From NCBI GenBank assembly GCA_002269645.1, contig NIVC01004229.1, positions 1 to 54,052 on the forward strand: 54,052 nucleotides of DNA, written 5' to 3'. The position numbers and the translations under genes were made by a program. The DNA comes from Macrostomum lignano (lineage: Eukaryota). Shown one piece after another: positions 36,823 through 49,195 of this stretch; position 1 is the first letter of the stretch, and the number at the start of each line of letters is the position of its first letter. The notes under the pieces were generated by a model, which ran no database searches, had not been told where the DNA came from, and worked only from the letters and a program-made list of their open reading frames with translations.

Positions 36823-37359
36823 CATTGCATACCTGGCTAAACGCCTACAAACATTGGTTCAATTAAAAAACAGGTTTTAAATTGAAAACCCACAGCGCGC
36901 AGTGTATGAAAATGCCAGTCCAGATTCTGGCTCAAGGTCTCCATGGCTCGGCCACAGATTCCGCAGCACTATTTCCTGTTATAGCTACACAATGAGCGAG
37001 CGAGTCGGAATTCGACCGCCACCATCAATGCGAATTCGCCACAAATAGGGGAACAGCAGTGCCGCTGCTACGGTTTTATGCAGCGCAGCAGCTGTAGCAT
37101 GCAGAGTTGGAGCCCGGCCAAGAAGTGCTCTTTCCACTTCCAGTCTGCCTTGCTGTGCGTGCAACGTGGAGTGGCCCTTCAGCCCAATGTCCACTATCCA
37201 GGCCTCCTGGTGTCGGCTACTTTGGGGTCGGAGTGAGAGAGCTTTGGAGTGGGACAGAAACCGCGATGCATTGGGAGACAGGGAGTTGGATATGGGTAGG
37301 TGAGGAGCGCTAGGTGGAAGTGGAGGAAATGGATCAAGAGTAGAGAAGGAGACAGAAAA

Positions 37360-38110
37360 GGGAGACAGGGAGACAGGGGAGAGAGAGACAGGAGAGAGGC
37401 AGATAGGGAGAGGGGGAGACAGGAAAGGGGGAGACAGGAAAGGGGGAGACAGGGAGAGGGGGAGACAGGGAGAGTGGGAGACAGGGAGACAAGAGAGAGG
37501 GAGACAGGGAGACAGGGGAGACAGGGAGACAGGGTAGACAGGGAGACAGGGTAGATAGGGACACAGGGTAGATAGGGAGACAGGGGAGACAGGGGAGACA
37601 GGGAGACAGGGGAGACAGGGGAGACAGGGAGACAGGGTAGACAGGGAGACAGGGTAGACAGGGAGACAGGGGAGACAGGGAGATAGGGTAGATAGGGAGA
37701 CAGGGGAGACAGGTAGACAGGGTAGATAGGGAGACAGGGTCGACAGGGAGACAGGGTAGACAGGGTAGATAGGGAGACAGGGGAGACAGGGAGAGTGGGG
37801 GACAGGGAGACAGGGAGACAGGGTAGACAGGGAGACAGGGGAGACAGGGAGACAGGGTAGACAGGGAGACAGGGTAGACAGGGTAGACAGGGACACAGGG
37901 TAGACAGGGTAGACAGGGACACAGGGTAGATAGGGACACAGGGTAGATAGGGAGACAGGGGAGACAGGGTAGACAGGGAGGCAGCTAGACAGGGGAGACA
38001 GGGAGACAGGGTAGACAGGGAGACAGGGTAGACAGGGAGACAGGGTAGACAGGGAGACAGGGTAGACAGGGAGACAAGGGAGACAGGGTAGACAGGGAGG
38101 CAGCTAGACA
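37360..38110. repeat. Compound G-rich 8-10-bp repeat (GGGAGACAG / GGGTAGACA / GGGTAGATA)
   Basis: Read directly from the sequence; the same motif flanks the (GACA)n run at 47.3 kb. Confidence 0.9.
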
Positions 38111-38495
38111 GGTTTAAAATTAAAGAAAAGTTTCAATCTCCTCCACTAGAAAGTCAATTTTCGGCAAATGCGAGACTTCAAAGATGTTTCCCCTGAGAAG
38201 TGAAAATCGTCGCGTCCTTTTCCGCTTCTAGCGGTCGTTGGGAGAGAGATCGGAGAGCCAAAGGAGGAGGAATGGAAATGGAAACGGAGTCACTGACGCC
38301 AGCTGGCGCAGGACACAATGATGAGAGCTTCCCGGGTGACCTAATAGCCTATTGTAACCATAGCCGCTCTGCAAGCTCCAAGGAGGCCCAGAGCCAGCAG
38401 CATCATGATTCTTCCTCAACCCCCCCCCCCTCTTCAGACAACTGTAGGCTGACTGCGGGGCAGCTCTAAGCGCCTCCTGACTCTTAGAGCTGGGG

Positions 38496-39285
38496 GAATC
38501 TGGGGGAATGGGGGATGCTTGCTATCTGGGGGATGCTTGCTATCTGGGGGATGCTTGCTATCAGGGGATGCTTGCTATCTGGGGGATGCTTGCTATCAGG
38601 GGATGCTTGCTATTTGGGGGATGCTTGCTATCAGGGGATGCTTGCTATCTGGGGGATGCTTGCTATCAGGGGATGCTTGCTGTCTGGGGGATGCTTGCTG
38701 TCTGGGGGATGCTTGCTATCTGGGGGTGCTTGCTATCAGTGGATGCTTGCTATCAGGGGATGCTTGCTATCAGGGGATGCTTGCTATCAGGGGATGCTTG
38801 CTATCAGGGTATGCTTGCTATCAGGGGATGCTTGCTATCAGGGGATGCTTGCTATCAGGGGATACTTGCTGTCTGGGGATGCTTGCTGTCTGGGGGATGC
38901 TTGCTATCAGGGGATGCTTGCTGTCTGGGGGATGCTTGCTGTCTGGGGGATGCTTGCTGTCTGGGGGTGCTTGCTATCAGTGGATGCTTGCTATCAGGGG
39001 ATGCTTGCTATCAGGGGATGCTTGCTATCAGGGGATGCTTGCTATCAGGGTATGCTTGCTATCAGGGGATGCTTGCTATCAGGGGATGCTTGCTATCAGG
39101 GGATACTTGCTGTCTGGGGATGCTTGCTGTCTGGGGGATGCTTGCTATCAGGGGATGCTTGCTGTCTGGGGGATGCTTGCTGTCTGGGGGATGCTTGCTG
39201 TCTGGGGGTGCTTGCTATCTGGGGGATGCTTGCTATCAGGGGGATTCTTGCTATTTGGAAGATCCTTGGGGTCTGGGGATGCTTT
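38496..39285. repeat. 17/18-bp minisatellite (CAGGGGATGCTTGCTAT)
   Basis: Read directly from the sequence. Confidence 0.95.
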
Positions 39286-39802
39286 CGAGCTAATGTGAAT
39301 GCCTGTCATCTTTGTGAGGGCTTTATTTTGTTGTGCCTTTTTGTTACTTTAAGAAGCAAGAGATTCATAGCAAGCATCTTTGGCCATGACAAATTTACTC
39401 GAATATGGTGATTCATAGAACTGAAGAAGGAAGAAGGGTTCTCAAGAAAATGTGCTTTTTTGAATGGATTTGCATGAATAATATTTGCTCCTTGCTTTTT
39501 GGGCGCCCCAAAGGGGGGCACTAGATTGCTAGTATAAACTTAATGTTGAGTTTTGCAGAAGTGTTGGCACTCCAAGTTCTGCTTTCGGGTGTCCTTGTCT
39601 GCACTCAAGTGCCTAACCACTGCTTGCTCGCTCGCAAGGGGTAAAGCCAATGAGAGCCAATCCTGAAGGCATGAGGTAGCTGCCCCGCCCTTCCTGTACA
39701 GTATATTCCCCTTGACTGAGTTGATGGGTGGCACTGCGGACCAGAGCCAGCACAGGGCGCCCACACACAGTCCAAACCCTTCAACCAGCATCCAACATCA
39801 GC

Positions 39803-41431
39803 ATGCAGTCAATCAAATGCGTTGTCATTGGCGATGGAGCCGTGGGCAAAACCTGCCTGCTAATTGCCTATGCAACCGGCCAGTTTCCGGAGGAGTACAT
39901 CCCTACCGTGTTTGACACCTACAGCGCCAACGTGATGGTGCAGCAGCGCTCGATCAGCCTCTGCCTGTGGGACACAGCAGGTGAGATCGGATTGAATGAG
40001 ACTAATTGGTTTATTGTCTAATAGCTATTCTTTTAGTCACATATGAAGTCCTAATTCTTGCCTTGAGAATCCTCAGAATCTCCAGAAATCCCTAAATTAT
40101 CGCAAGAATCTCCAAAATATCCCGAAAGTTACCTAATTTTTCCTATAATCCTTAATTGATCCCCGTCACCCTCAACAATGTCCAAGAATCCTCGGATTAT
40201 CCAAGAATCCTCAGGTTATGCCAAGAACACTCAGGTTATCCCAATAATCCTCAGGTTATCCCAAGAATCCCCAGGTTATCCCAAGAATCCTCAGATTATC
40301 CCAAGAATCCTCAGGTTATCGCAAGAATCCTCAAATTATCCCAATAATCCTCAGATTATCCCAATAATTCTCAGGTTATCCAAGAATCCTTAAATTCTCC
40401 TACAAATACGTAAATCGTCGCAAGATTTGTCAAATCATCCTAATTATCCTCAAGTTATTCTAAAAGTCCCCAAATTATCATGAGAATCCCCAAATGTTAG
40501 CAGCCAGGCTCTATGACCTATTTTATCCCACTGAAGGTCAGGAGGAGTACGATCAGCTGAGAGTGCTCAGCTACCCCCAGACCGATGTCATGATTGTCTG
40601 CTTCGCCCTGGACAACCCGGTCAGCTGTGACAACGTCCGCTCCAAGTGGGTGCCCGAGCTCAAGCGGCACGCGCCCAAGGCTCCCATCCTGCTGGTTGGC
40701 ACCAAGAAGGATCTGCGAGAAGATTCGGCCACACTGGACCGGCTGCGGGCAAAAGGGAAAAGTCCAGTCACCGCCGCCAGGGTGAGGCGGCTGTACAGTT
40801 GATCAGTCTAGCAATCCACTATCATCTCTACCCCAACACCCACCTCCCAGCTCTACCCCAGCACCCACCTCCCAGCTCTACCCCAGCACCCACCTCCCAG
40901 CTCTACCCCAACACCCACCTCCCAGCTCTACCCCAACACCCACCTCCCAGCTCTACCCCAACACCCACCTCCCAGCTCTACCCCAACACCCACCTCCCAG
41001 CTCTACCCCAACACCCACCTCCCAGCTCTACCCCAACACCCACCTCCCAGCTCTACCCCAACACCCACCTCCCAGCTCTACCCCAACACTCACCTCCCAG
41101 CTCTACCCCAACACCCACCTCTCAGCTCTACCCCAACACCCACATCCCAGCTCTACCCTAACACCCACCTCCCAGCTCTACCCCAACACTCACCTCCCAG
41201 CTCTACCCCAACACCCACCTCCCAGCTCTACCCCAACACCCAATCCAACAGGGCCAAAGCCTGGCCAAGGAGATCCGAGCCGCCTGCTACCTGGAGTGCT
41301 CCTCTCGGCTGCAATCGGACGTGAAGTCAGTCTTTGATGAGGCGATCAGACTGGCTTTGCGGCCGAGCAAACGGAGACTGCGGAATCAGCAGAGCAAAGA
41401 CGACAGAGAGAGCTCGTGCTGTACCATGTAG
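39803..41431 (+). CDS. Rho-family small GTPase (Rac/RhoG-like, divergent), 200 aa; exons 39803-39980, 40537-40781, 41252-41431
   Basis: [21 protein letters not shown]|[19 protein letters not shown] and a C-terminal CCTM; phases 1 and 0 join without frameshift. Confidence 0.95.
40170..40390. repeat. 20-bp intronic minisatellite (TTATCCCAAGAATCCTCAGG)
   Basis: Rho intron 1. Confidence 0.9.
40826..41240. repeat. 25-bp intronic minisatellite (CCCCAACACCCACCTCCCAGCTCTA)
   Basis: Rho intron 2; runs to within ~12 nt of the acceptor. Confidence 0.95.
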
Positions 41432-41467
41432 ACAACAGAGTGCATGGCTCACTTGATGCATTATAAT

Positions 41468-43560
41468 TCATATTTCTAATGCTTGCAACTGGGAAGAGAC
41501 TCGAACTTCAACAAATTCGAGGCTGAACTTTTTGACCGAACATCGATTTAGATTCCTGCGTTGAAGCTTTTTCCTGGTAAACAAAGTAAATCACACTGTA
41601 AAATGTTTGGACTGCTTGACAGACATTCTGTAATGTTTTTATGCATAAAAAGTACTTTCTTGTACGGTGGCTTTTCTTCATTAATTTATTCATTGATTGC
41701 GTTGTTGTTACTGTCAGTGGTGTGATGATCCTAATAGACAGTGGTGTGATGATCCTGTTAGACAGTAGTGTGATGATCCTGTTAGACAGTGGTGTGATGA
41801 TCCTGTTAGACAGTGGTGTGATGATCCTGTTAGACAGTATTGTGATGATCCTGTTAGACAGTAGTGTGATGATCCTGTTAGACAGTTGCATGATGATCCT
41901 GTTAGACAGTGGTGTGATGATCCTGTTAGACAGTAGTGTGATGATCCTGTTAGACAGTTGCATGATGATCCTGTTAGACAGTGGTGTGATGATCCTGTTA
42001 GACAGTTGCATGATGATCCTGTTAGACAGTGGTGTGATGATCCTGTTAGACAGTAGTGTGATGATCCTGTTAGACAGTGGTGTGATGATTCTGTTAGACA
42101 GTAGTGTGATGATCCTGTTAGACAGTAGTGTGATGATCCTGTTAGACAGTTGCATGATGATCCTGTTAGACAGTGGTGTGATGATCCTGTTAGACAGTAG
42201 TGTGATGATCCTGTTAGACAGTTGCATGATGATCCTGTTAGACAGTGGTGTGATGATCCTGTTAGACAGTGGTGTGATGATCCTGTTAGACAGTAGTGTG
42301 ATGATCCTGTTAGACAGTGGTGTGATGATCCTGTTAGACAGTGGTGTGATGATCCTGTTAGACAGTATTGTGATGATCCTGTTAGACAGTAGTGTGATGA
42401 TCCTGTTAGACAGTTGCATGATGATCCTGTTAGACAGTGGTGTGATGATCCTGTTAGACAGTAGTGTGATGATCCTGTTAGACAGTTGCATGATGATCCT
42501 GTTAGACAGTGGTGTGATGATCCTGTTAGACAGTTGCATGATGATCCTGTTAGACAGTAGTGTGATGATCCTGTTAGACAGTGGTGTGATGATTCTGTTA
42601 GACAGTAGTGTGATGATCCTGTTAGACAGTGGTGTGATGATCCTGTTAGACAGTGGTGTGATGATTCTGTTAGACAGTAGTGTGATGATCCTGTTAGACA
42701 GTAGTGTGATGATCCTGTTAGACAGTGGTGTGATGATTCTGTTAGACAGTAGTGTGATGATCCTGTTAGACAGTAGTGTGATGATCCTGTTAGACAGTGG
42801 TGTGATGATCCTGTTAGACAGTGGTGTGATGATCCTGTTAGACAGTAGTGTGATGATCCTGTTAGACAGTAGTGTGATGATCCTGTTAGACAGTGGTGTG
42901 ATGATCCTGTTAGACAGTGGTGTGATGATCCTGTTAGACAGTGGTGTGATGATCCTGTTAGACAGTAGTGTGATGATCCTGTTAGACAGTAGTGTGATGA
43001 TCCTGTTAGACAGTGGTGTGATGATCTTGTCATGCATACAGCAGGATGTTCTCCATCAGGCCTCTCAGTGGCGCCTGTTCTTGGCTTGCAATCGATGCTG
43101 CCAGAGCAGAGATAACCTTCCATATCTCACATATGCGGCTCAGCGGCTCATTCTGCTCAAGCCGCTCAATAAAATCGCGCGCACTTCTGCCTGTGGCAAC
43201 CGGCATGAAACCCTGCAATTCCCAGGGGAGCAGGCGGGCTGGTGTTGGTGGGGGGGGGACATGCACAAGTTCGCCACTGCATCGCTGCTGGATATCAAAG
43301 AAGAATTTCTGGCAGAAGCAGTTTTTGATGGATTTTCTGGGCGATTGGGGGGGGGGGAGTGGGGTAACTGAGGCAGAATTAGATAGCCGGGGGGGGGGGG
43401 AAATTCTCCCACATTTTCGCTCCCTAAAATCCAACAACAACGAGAATCGAACCGCACATGGGCGAGGTGGGAGGGCTGCTGCCCCAGTTTATACCCGTGG
43501 GATGTGTGGGATTTTGAACTTGTCTGCTTGTGCGAGCTGAAACTTCCGGGTGTCCCCCAT
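41468..43560 (-). CDS. Candidate small spliced gene convergent with the Rho gene; exons 43560-43495 (tentative), 43212-43040, 41573-41468
   Basis: TTGCAG|GGT acceptor, CT|GTATGC donor and TTTACCAG|G acceptor join in phase 2: GFMPVATGRSARDFIERLEQNEPLSRICEIWKVISALAASIASQEQAPLRGLMENILLKKLQRRNLNRCSVKKFSLEFVEVRVSSQLQALEI*. No homology recognised. Confidence 0.4.
41715..43026. repeat. 24-bp minisatellite (GACAGTGGTGTGATGATCCTGTTA) x~55 with four variant units
   Basis: Read directly from the sequence; explains the 576, 509 and 469-aa ORFs. Confidence 0.97.
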
Positions 43561-43697
43561 CCTGCAGATGCTGGGTGATCTGCCTGCTGTTCTGCTTTTG
43601 GTCTCTATACGCTCGTAAAATCGTCTAATTTATGAGATATGCCGGGTCAGTGGACAGGTTGGTGTGGACAGGTTTGGTTAGTTGTACATGCAGCAGA

Positions 43698-44207
43698 CAG
43701 GTTGATATAAACAAGCTAGTTCAGACTGGTAGCGGTGGACAGGTTGATATAAACAAGCTGGGTCAGACAGGTTGCGGTGGACAGGTTGATATAAACAAGC
43801 TAGTTCAGACTGGTAGCGGTGGACAGGTTGATATAAACAAGCTGGGTCAGACAGGTAGCGGTGGACAGGTTGATATAAACAAGCTAGTTCAGACTGGTAG
43901 CGGTGGACAGGTTGATATAAACAAGCTGGGTCAGATAAATAGCCGTGGACAGGTGGATATAAACAAGCTGGGTCAGACAGGTAGCGGTGGACAGGTTGAT
44001 ATAAACAAGCTGGTTCAGACAGGTAGCGGTGGACAGGTTGATATAAACAAGCTGGTTCAGACAGGTAGCGGTGGACAGGTTGATATAAACAAGCTAGTTC
44101 AGACTGGTAGCGGTGGACAGGTTGATATAAACAAGCTGGGTCAGATAGGTAGCGGTGGACAGGTTGATATAAACAAGCTAGTTCAGACAGGTTAGCGGTG
44201 GACAGGT
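43698..44207. repeat. 42-bp minisatellite (GGACAGGTTGATATAAACAAGCTAGTTCAGACTGGTAGCGGT) x~12
   Basis: Read directly from the sequence; two unit types alternate in the first half. Confidence 0.95.
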
Positions 44208-44436
44208 TTAAGTAAGTGTACAGATGATAAATGTTCTCCGCTAGAAAAGACGATGATTTGCTCATTTAGATACACAGATACGAGCGTATACTAGAATCAT
44301 AGTTTTGCGCTGCGATTATATGCTTATTGCTGATGCTGTACTTTTAATGATGGGGCATATATGGTCGCATCAGCCGGCAAAGTTAATAGCTATATCGACG
44401 TATGAAAGGTTAACTCTGTTCCTACATGTGTAGTCT

Positions 44437-45786
44437 ATTGTCCGCGTATTGTGCACATGTGCTTTTGTAAAATTACCAATGAAAAGTTAAACAATTATTT
44501 AAACGAAGGAGCCATCAGCTGTGCAGTAGCCGACCGGATTATCGGTTACCGCTACCGCTACAAGCCGGTTACCGCTACAAGCTTACGAGTGTAAGTGGCA
44601 CTTCGAAGATAGCTAGCAAAAGCGGGAGGTTTTTTAGTATATTTTGTCATTGCGTTGGGGGCTATTTAGCGCTGGGGCGAACGAATAGTACAGAAGTGTC
44701 TATGGGTGAACTAAAGCGATTGGAATATAGAATAAGAAATAATTAGAATAAATGATGAATGCTTTGGTGCTGCTACAGTTCAAAGTGCTTCAATGCCAGG
44801 ACTATATGTAAACGCCGCTCAATTCTTAGTCTATGGTTAGAAAGTGCCTCGGCCCACACTCCACGGTTCTTGGTCCGCCTTGAGAGCGTTATAAAATACA
44901 GCCTCAGACTTTCTAGGTGAATGCGATACGATTGTACGTGCACAAGAGACAAGGCCAGACAATGTTGCAGAGTCAACTATCCGTGATTCTATTGGTTTCA
45001 ATAATGTTTTGTCTTTTAAGTAAGTATAATATGAATTATTATAGAGCTAGTGACTTGATAATTGCCATGCTGCAACCGGATGAAAAATAGTTTTCGAAGT
45101 TCTCGGTTGCGCACCGTCCTGCAGGTCGTACCGGAGCATCCGCCACTCGAAAAGAGACCTGCTGCTCAGGTGTCTGCAAAGGGATTGAAAAATGGAAAGC
45201 AGGATATTGCCTCGAAAAATGATGTGTTTTCTGTTGATTAACTACTCCCTGACAAATTCCAGTTGGACTTGAATAAATAAATAGTTTATTAACCGTTGCT
45301 TCTTCCAACTACGAGCTAAATTGTTAGAATTGAAGTACTTGCATGTACTTACATAGCCGCAGGGCATGCCTAAAGTGTCGCACGTGTTTTTGTGAGAGAC
45401 AGTACCTCAGAATATAAGTAGTCTTTGATTGTCAAGATAAAAACAACTCAATATTGCGGCCAGTGTTCGCAAAAGTACATGTACTGTAAAAATTCCCCAT
45501 GCAGTGCAAATCAAACAAGGAACCTTGCATGTACATTCATGCTTCTAGAAGAAACCACTACTTTCCTTCTCCGCGATTTTGCAGTGGTTTCAGCAGCGAG
45601 CTACTCTTAGTAGTTCAGAATTTTCGCTGTAAAGTTTCAGGGGTAAGCTCAGTCCGACAGGTTATACTGTAGTTGTAGTTATAATCCGGTCGGCTACTGC
45701 ACAGCTGATGGCTCCTTCGTTTAAATAATTGTTTAACTTTTCATTGGTAATTTTACAAAAGCACATGTGCACAATACGCGGACAAT
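44437..45786. mobile_element. Element bounded by perfect 106-bp inverted repeats (44437-44542, 45681-45786)
   Basis: Arms are identical when reverse-complemented; no TSD found; no recognisable internal ORF. Confidence 0.7.
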
Positions 45787-46421
45787 GCTAGTTACTGTGT
45801 ACTAAAATCTTTTGGGAGCGCCCATTTCTATAATAAAATCTTGTTCCGTTGAAGACTTCTTGACTCTCAAGCAGCATTCAGATCCGAGAGATCTACTAAG
45901 AAGATTTCATAGGCTCAGCTCGCGCTAACTTTAGTCTTATTGGATTCTTCTCCGCACATTCGCTTAGAGGTGGCAGCGTACTAACTACTGCAAGTAACAA
46001 CCCCGAGCCAGGAGCATGAGGCAAGACAAAGTATTCAATTTACGATAAATTTTAAATTCCTCATCGGTCATTGGTAAGAGTAACACCCTGTCTGATGAGC
46101 GTTTTGGAAAGGGGCATTAAATTTAATCGATTAGCCATAAGGAACTCAGCAGCCCGAGCAGTTTGTTTTAATCTACTTAAGCTTTATTTAAGGTACATAG
46201 TTCAAACAAATCGACGCACTGCCACGTACGTACTGAACACTCGCGCGCGAGTTCAAATACTCGTAGGCGCGTATTTACTCGCGGTAACTTGGCTAGCCTA
46301 GACTAACTGAAAACAGACGAACTTGCAATCGCAGATGAACAAAACTGTACCACTCAACAACATAGAGTCCCCCAATATCAATCACCCTCTGGCAATGCTC
46401 ATACAGCTTGTCCACCTCAGC

Positions 46422-47002
46422 CTACAGGTGTTTTTCCTCCAACTGCCATAACCAGTGCAACGCGGCCTGTTTGACCTCTTCATGGTTTGTGAAACTCTTC
46501 TTGGAAAAGTCAGCCTTCAGCCACTTGAACAGGAATCTCTTGCAAAAGTTGAAGTCCGGGCTGTAGGGACTCTGTCCGAGCAGATTCACTCGCCGTGCAG
46601 GCAGAAAATTTGAAACAGCCTTCAAGTGTGCGGTCGTGCGGTGTCCATCTGCCGCAGAACCTCGTCCAGGTGACATGGATTTGACTGGAGAGTGCGCCAG
46701 AGGTCTCCAGTGTGCCGGAGAAAGTCGATAAAATACTGGCCATCAACCTTGGTGTTCAGTGGAGTTGTGCAGATGAAGACTCGTTTTTTTGGCGTGAAGG
46801 ATACCAGCAGCATGGTCTTCTTGTCCGAGATGGACTTCCTGGTCACCGTCGGTCTGGAGTCCCCAGCTCCCAACCAGCAGCGATTGTCTGCCTTGCTGCC
46901 CTTGCCATCCAGGTGGAGCCAGCTTTCATCCTCAGCAACCAGGCAGTTTAGGATGTCATTCAAGCCCCGGCTGCTGAACACGCTGCATAGACGGTTTTTC
47001 AT
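46422..47002 (-). pseudogene. Mariner-family (DDD) transposase catalytic-domain remnant
   Basis: VAEDESW (TGDESW), QMDTARPHT (HDNARPHT), QSPYSPDFNFCKRFLF (HPPYSPDLAPCDFFLF); frameshift near 46625; third Asp lost. Confidence 0.85.
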
Positions 47003-47344
47003 CGCGTTGCACTTGCTAAATCTGCTTGGCGTATTCTTGCGATAGCTTGAGCCATAAACAACCTATGCACGTCTCAAATGCACTGCTATTGCTTCACTTA
47101 CTTTGCAGCTACAACTACCCAAAAGTCCATGTGCCTACATATTTTAGACAGAAGCCTGCAGTGACATTACTTATGACACACCCGAAGTATTTGGAACTTT
47201 TTATACAATCGTTCGTTTAAATGGGAAAATTATATATAATTGATGATTGTGAGAGCAACCAAGAGATATCATTTTTATTTAAATTATTTTACAATCACAA
47301 ATATTAGAATTAGGCCAGGAGACAGGGGAGACAGGGACAGGGAG

Positions 47345-47351
47345 ACAGATT

Positions 47352-47423
<72 letters not shown>
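47345..47423. repeat. (GACA)n microsatellite with GGGAGACAG flanks
   Basis: Read directly from the sequence. Confidence 0.9.
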
Positions 47424-47667
47424 GGGAGACTGGGAGACAGATAGACAGGGGAGACAGGAAACAGAGAGACAGGGAAGACGGGGGAGACAGGATGATGATA
47501 TTGTAATGATATTGTGATTTCATAAAAAATGGCGGTCATTTATTAACATAATTTAGGCAAGATAATATGTATTGTGTGTATTTTAAAGCAAAGTATAATT
47601 TAGGAAGCTTGAATAGACAAAAAAATAGATTTGTTTTACAAATAAGAAGAATGCATTAATTGCATTA

Positions 47668-47782
47668 AGTTTGCTTTAGTTTCTTTTACAGGTAAGTTGT
47701 ATTTTTGGCCAAAAACTAAGTTGCATTTTTGTTAAAACTAAGTCACACGGCTGACCGAATTTTGGAGGTTGCGCATAGTATG
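47668..47782 (+). mobile_element. hAT-type MITE, right-end fragment
   Basis: Near-identical to 49375-49489, with GTCGCA>GTTGTA/GTTGCA/GTCACA and GGCCGA>GGCTGA changes. Confidence 0.8.
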
Positions 47783-47789
47783 GGCGGAT

Positions 47790-48050
47790 AGTTGGCAGGC
47801 ATGCTTTGCTGCACAGTGGCGGATCTAGTAAGTTCCAATCACCATGATCTTTATTTATTAGACAGGTGATGATTAACTTTATTTGCTTATTAAATTGTTC
47901 TATTAGTCTGTTTGACTGGGCATGGTAGAGGGTAGTGAAAGTGTGGCAGATATTATAAAGTTTGCAGAAAGCCTTAAATTGTTTACTAGCAAAAGTTTTC
48001 CATTGTCTGTGAATCCTTTCTTCTGAAAATGCCCTTATGCAATACAAAAA
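47790..48050 (-). pseudogene. Gypsy/retroviral-type integrase core remnant, hypermutated
   Basis: TDNGK(T)FASKQFKAFCKLYNICHTFTTLYHAQSNRLIEQFNK matches SDNG..F....F..F....I.H..T.PYHPQSNG.VERFN, with P>L, G>R and R>Q. Confidence 0.75.
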
Positions 48051-49195
48051 ATAGTTTATTGCTGCAATGCAAAAAAGGTCATTTATTATTGCAACATCTA
48101 CCTAGATTTTTAGAGAATAGGTGTGTACTAATTTTTTTGGTGTGTATTTCTAGCTTCAATCTTTATTCATGATCTAGATTATGGTAGAAAAGCCTTTCAT
48201 ATAATCTGCTTGGACAAATGAGTTAATGTTCTACATTTTTGGCCAATTTTGGACCTTTAATATGGTATATCTATTTGTCTCTTTATCCTGCAGGCCAATA
48301 AAATACCACTTTAGGTATTCTTTGATACTTGAACCATTAAGCACCTGCAATAGTGCATACAGAATAGGCTAATTAAAATTGGAAACTAACTTTGCTATTC
48401 TTAATAGGGCCATATCCTGGGACCTCTTATATAGCTCGCCACTATTTAACCAATATCCCAGTATGCCTAATACTAATAGTTATACTTTGTCATGAAGGTA
48501 TAATACCATGTCTACTGATAATATGAGATGACTTACCTTGTGAGAATAACACAAGTGCATAATGGTACAACCTTTTAATCAAGAAATCTAGCCAGCTACT
48601 TGTAGCCACTGATATACTAATTGAATCAATTACCAAGTTTATTGGCACTTTTAACTTTTTCGGCATGTAGAACATGCCTGTTATCAAACATAGATAAGAG
48701 ATAGCGATGATAAAAGTGACACATTTTTTGAAAGTGTCCTAAGTGTATATGCATATGCATCAGATCATATATAGCCTTTATTTGCACTTTTGTCTTTTGA
48801 TTTCTTCTTTAGCCAAATGCTTATTAAAGTCTTATTCAAAAGTATATCTCAAGCATTGTGAGTAGATATAGCAATCAAAGCATATAACAACAATGGATCC
48901 TAACTAAGCTTTATGTTTTAGGCTTTTTTCACATACTTTCTATGCTTAAGATAGTAGTCTTTGGGCTCTGTGATACCTTGTATGGTGACAGTAGAGCCTT
49001 GATCCCAAATTCTTTAATCTATGCATATTATTGTCATATGCCATATTCTTTAATCAATTCAATGCTAGGCCCTATAGAACATTTAAGCATATAAATGACA
49101 GTGCAATAATAATGCATGATATGAAAGTGGCTGTACTTAACACTAAGACTGCATATTTGGATAAATTGTATTTGAATAGTTGATATAACCTTGTA

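Noticed and set aside
37124-37150. Walker A-like RQTGSGKST on the - strand
   Set aside because: First Gly is absent, there is no preceding hydrophobic strand and the frame stops 15 codons later; consistent with chance.
41508-43371. Long ORFs of 576, 509 and 469 aa
   Set aside because: Products of a 24-bp unit (multiple of 3) lacking stops; no non-repetitive coding context.
46402-46415. TA|CAGCTTGTCCAC as the mariner 3' TIR
   Set aside because: No matching inverted copy near 47.0-47.3 kb, so element ends cannot be called.
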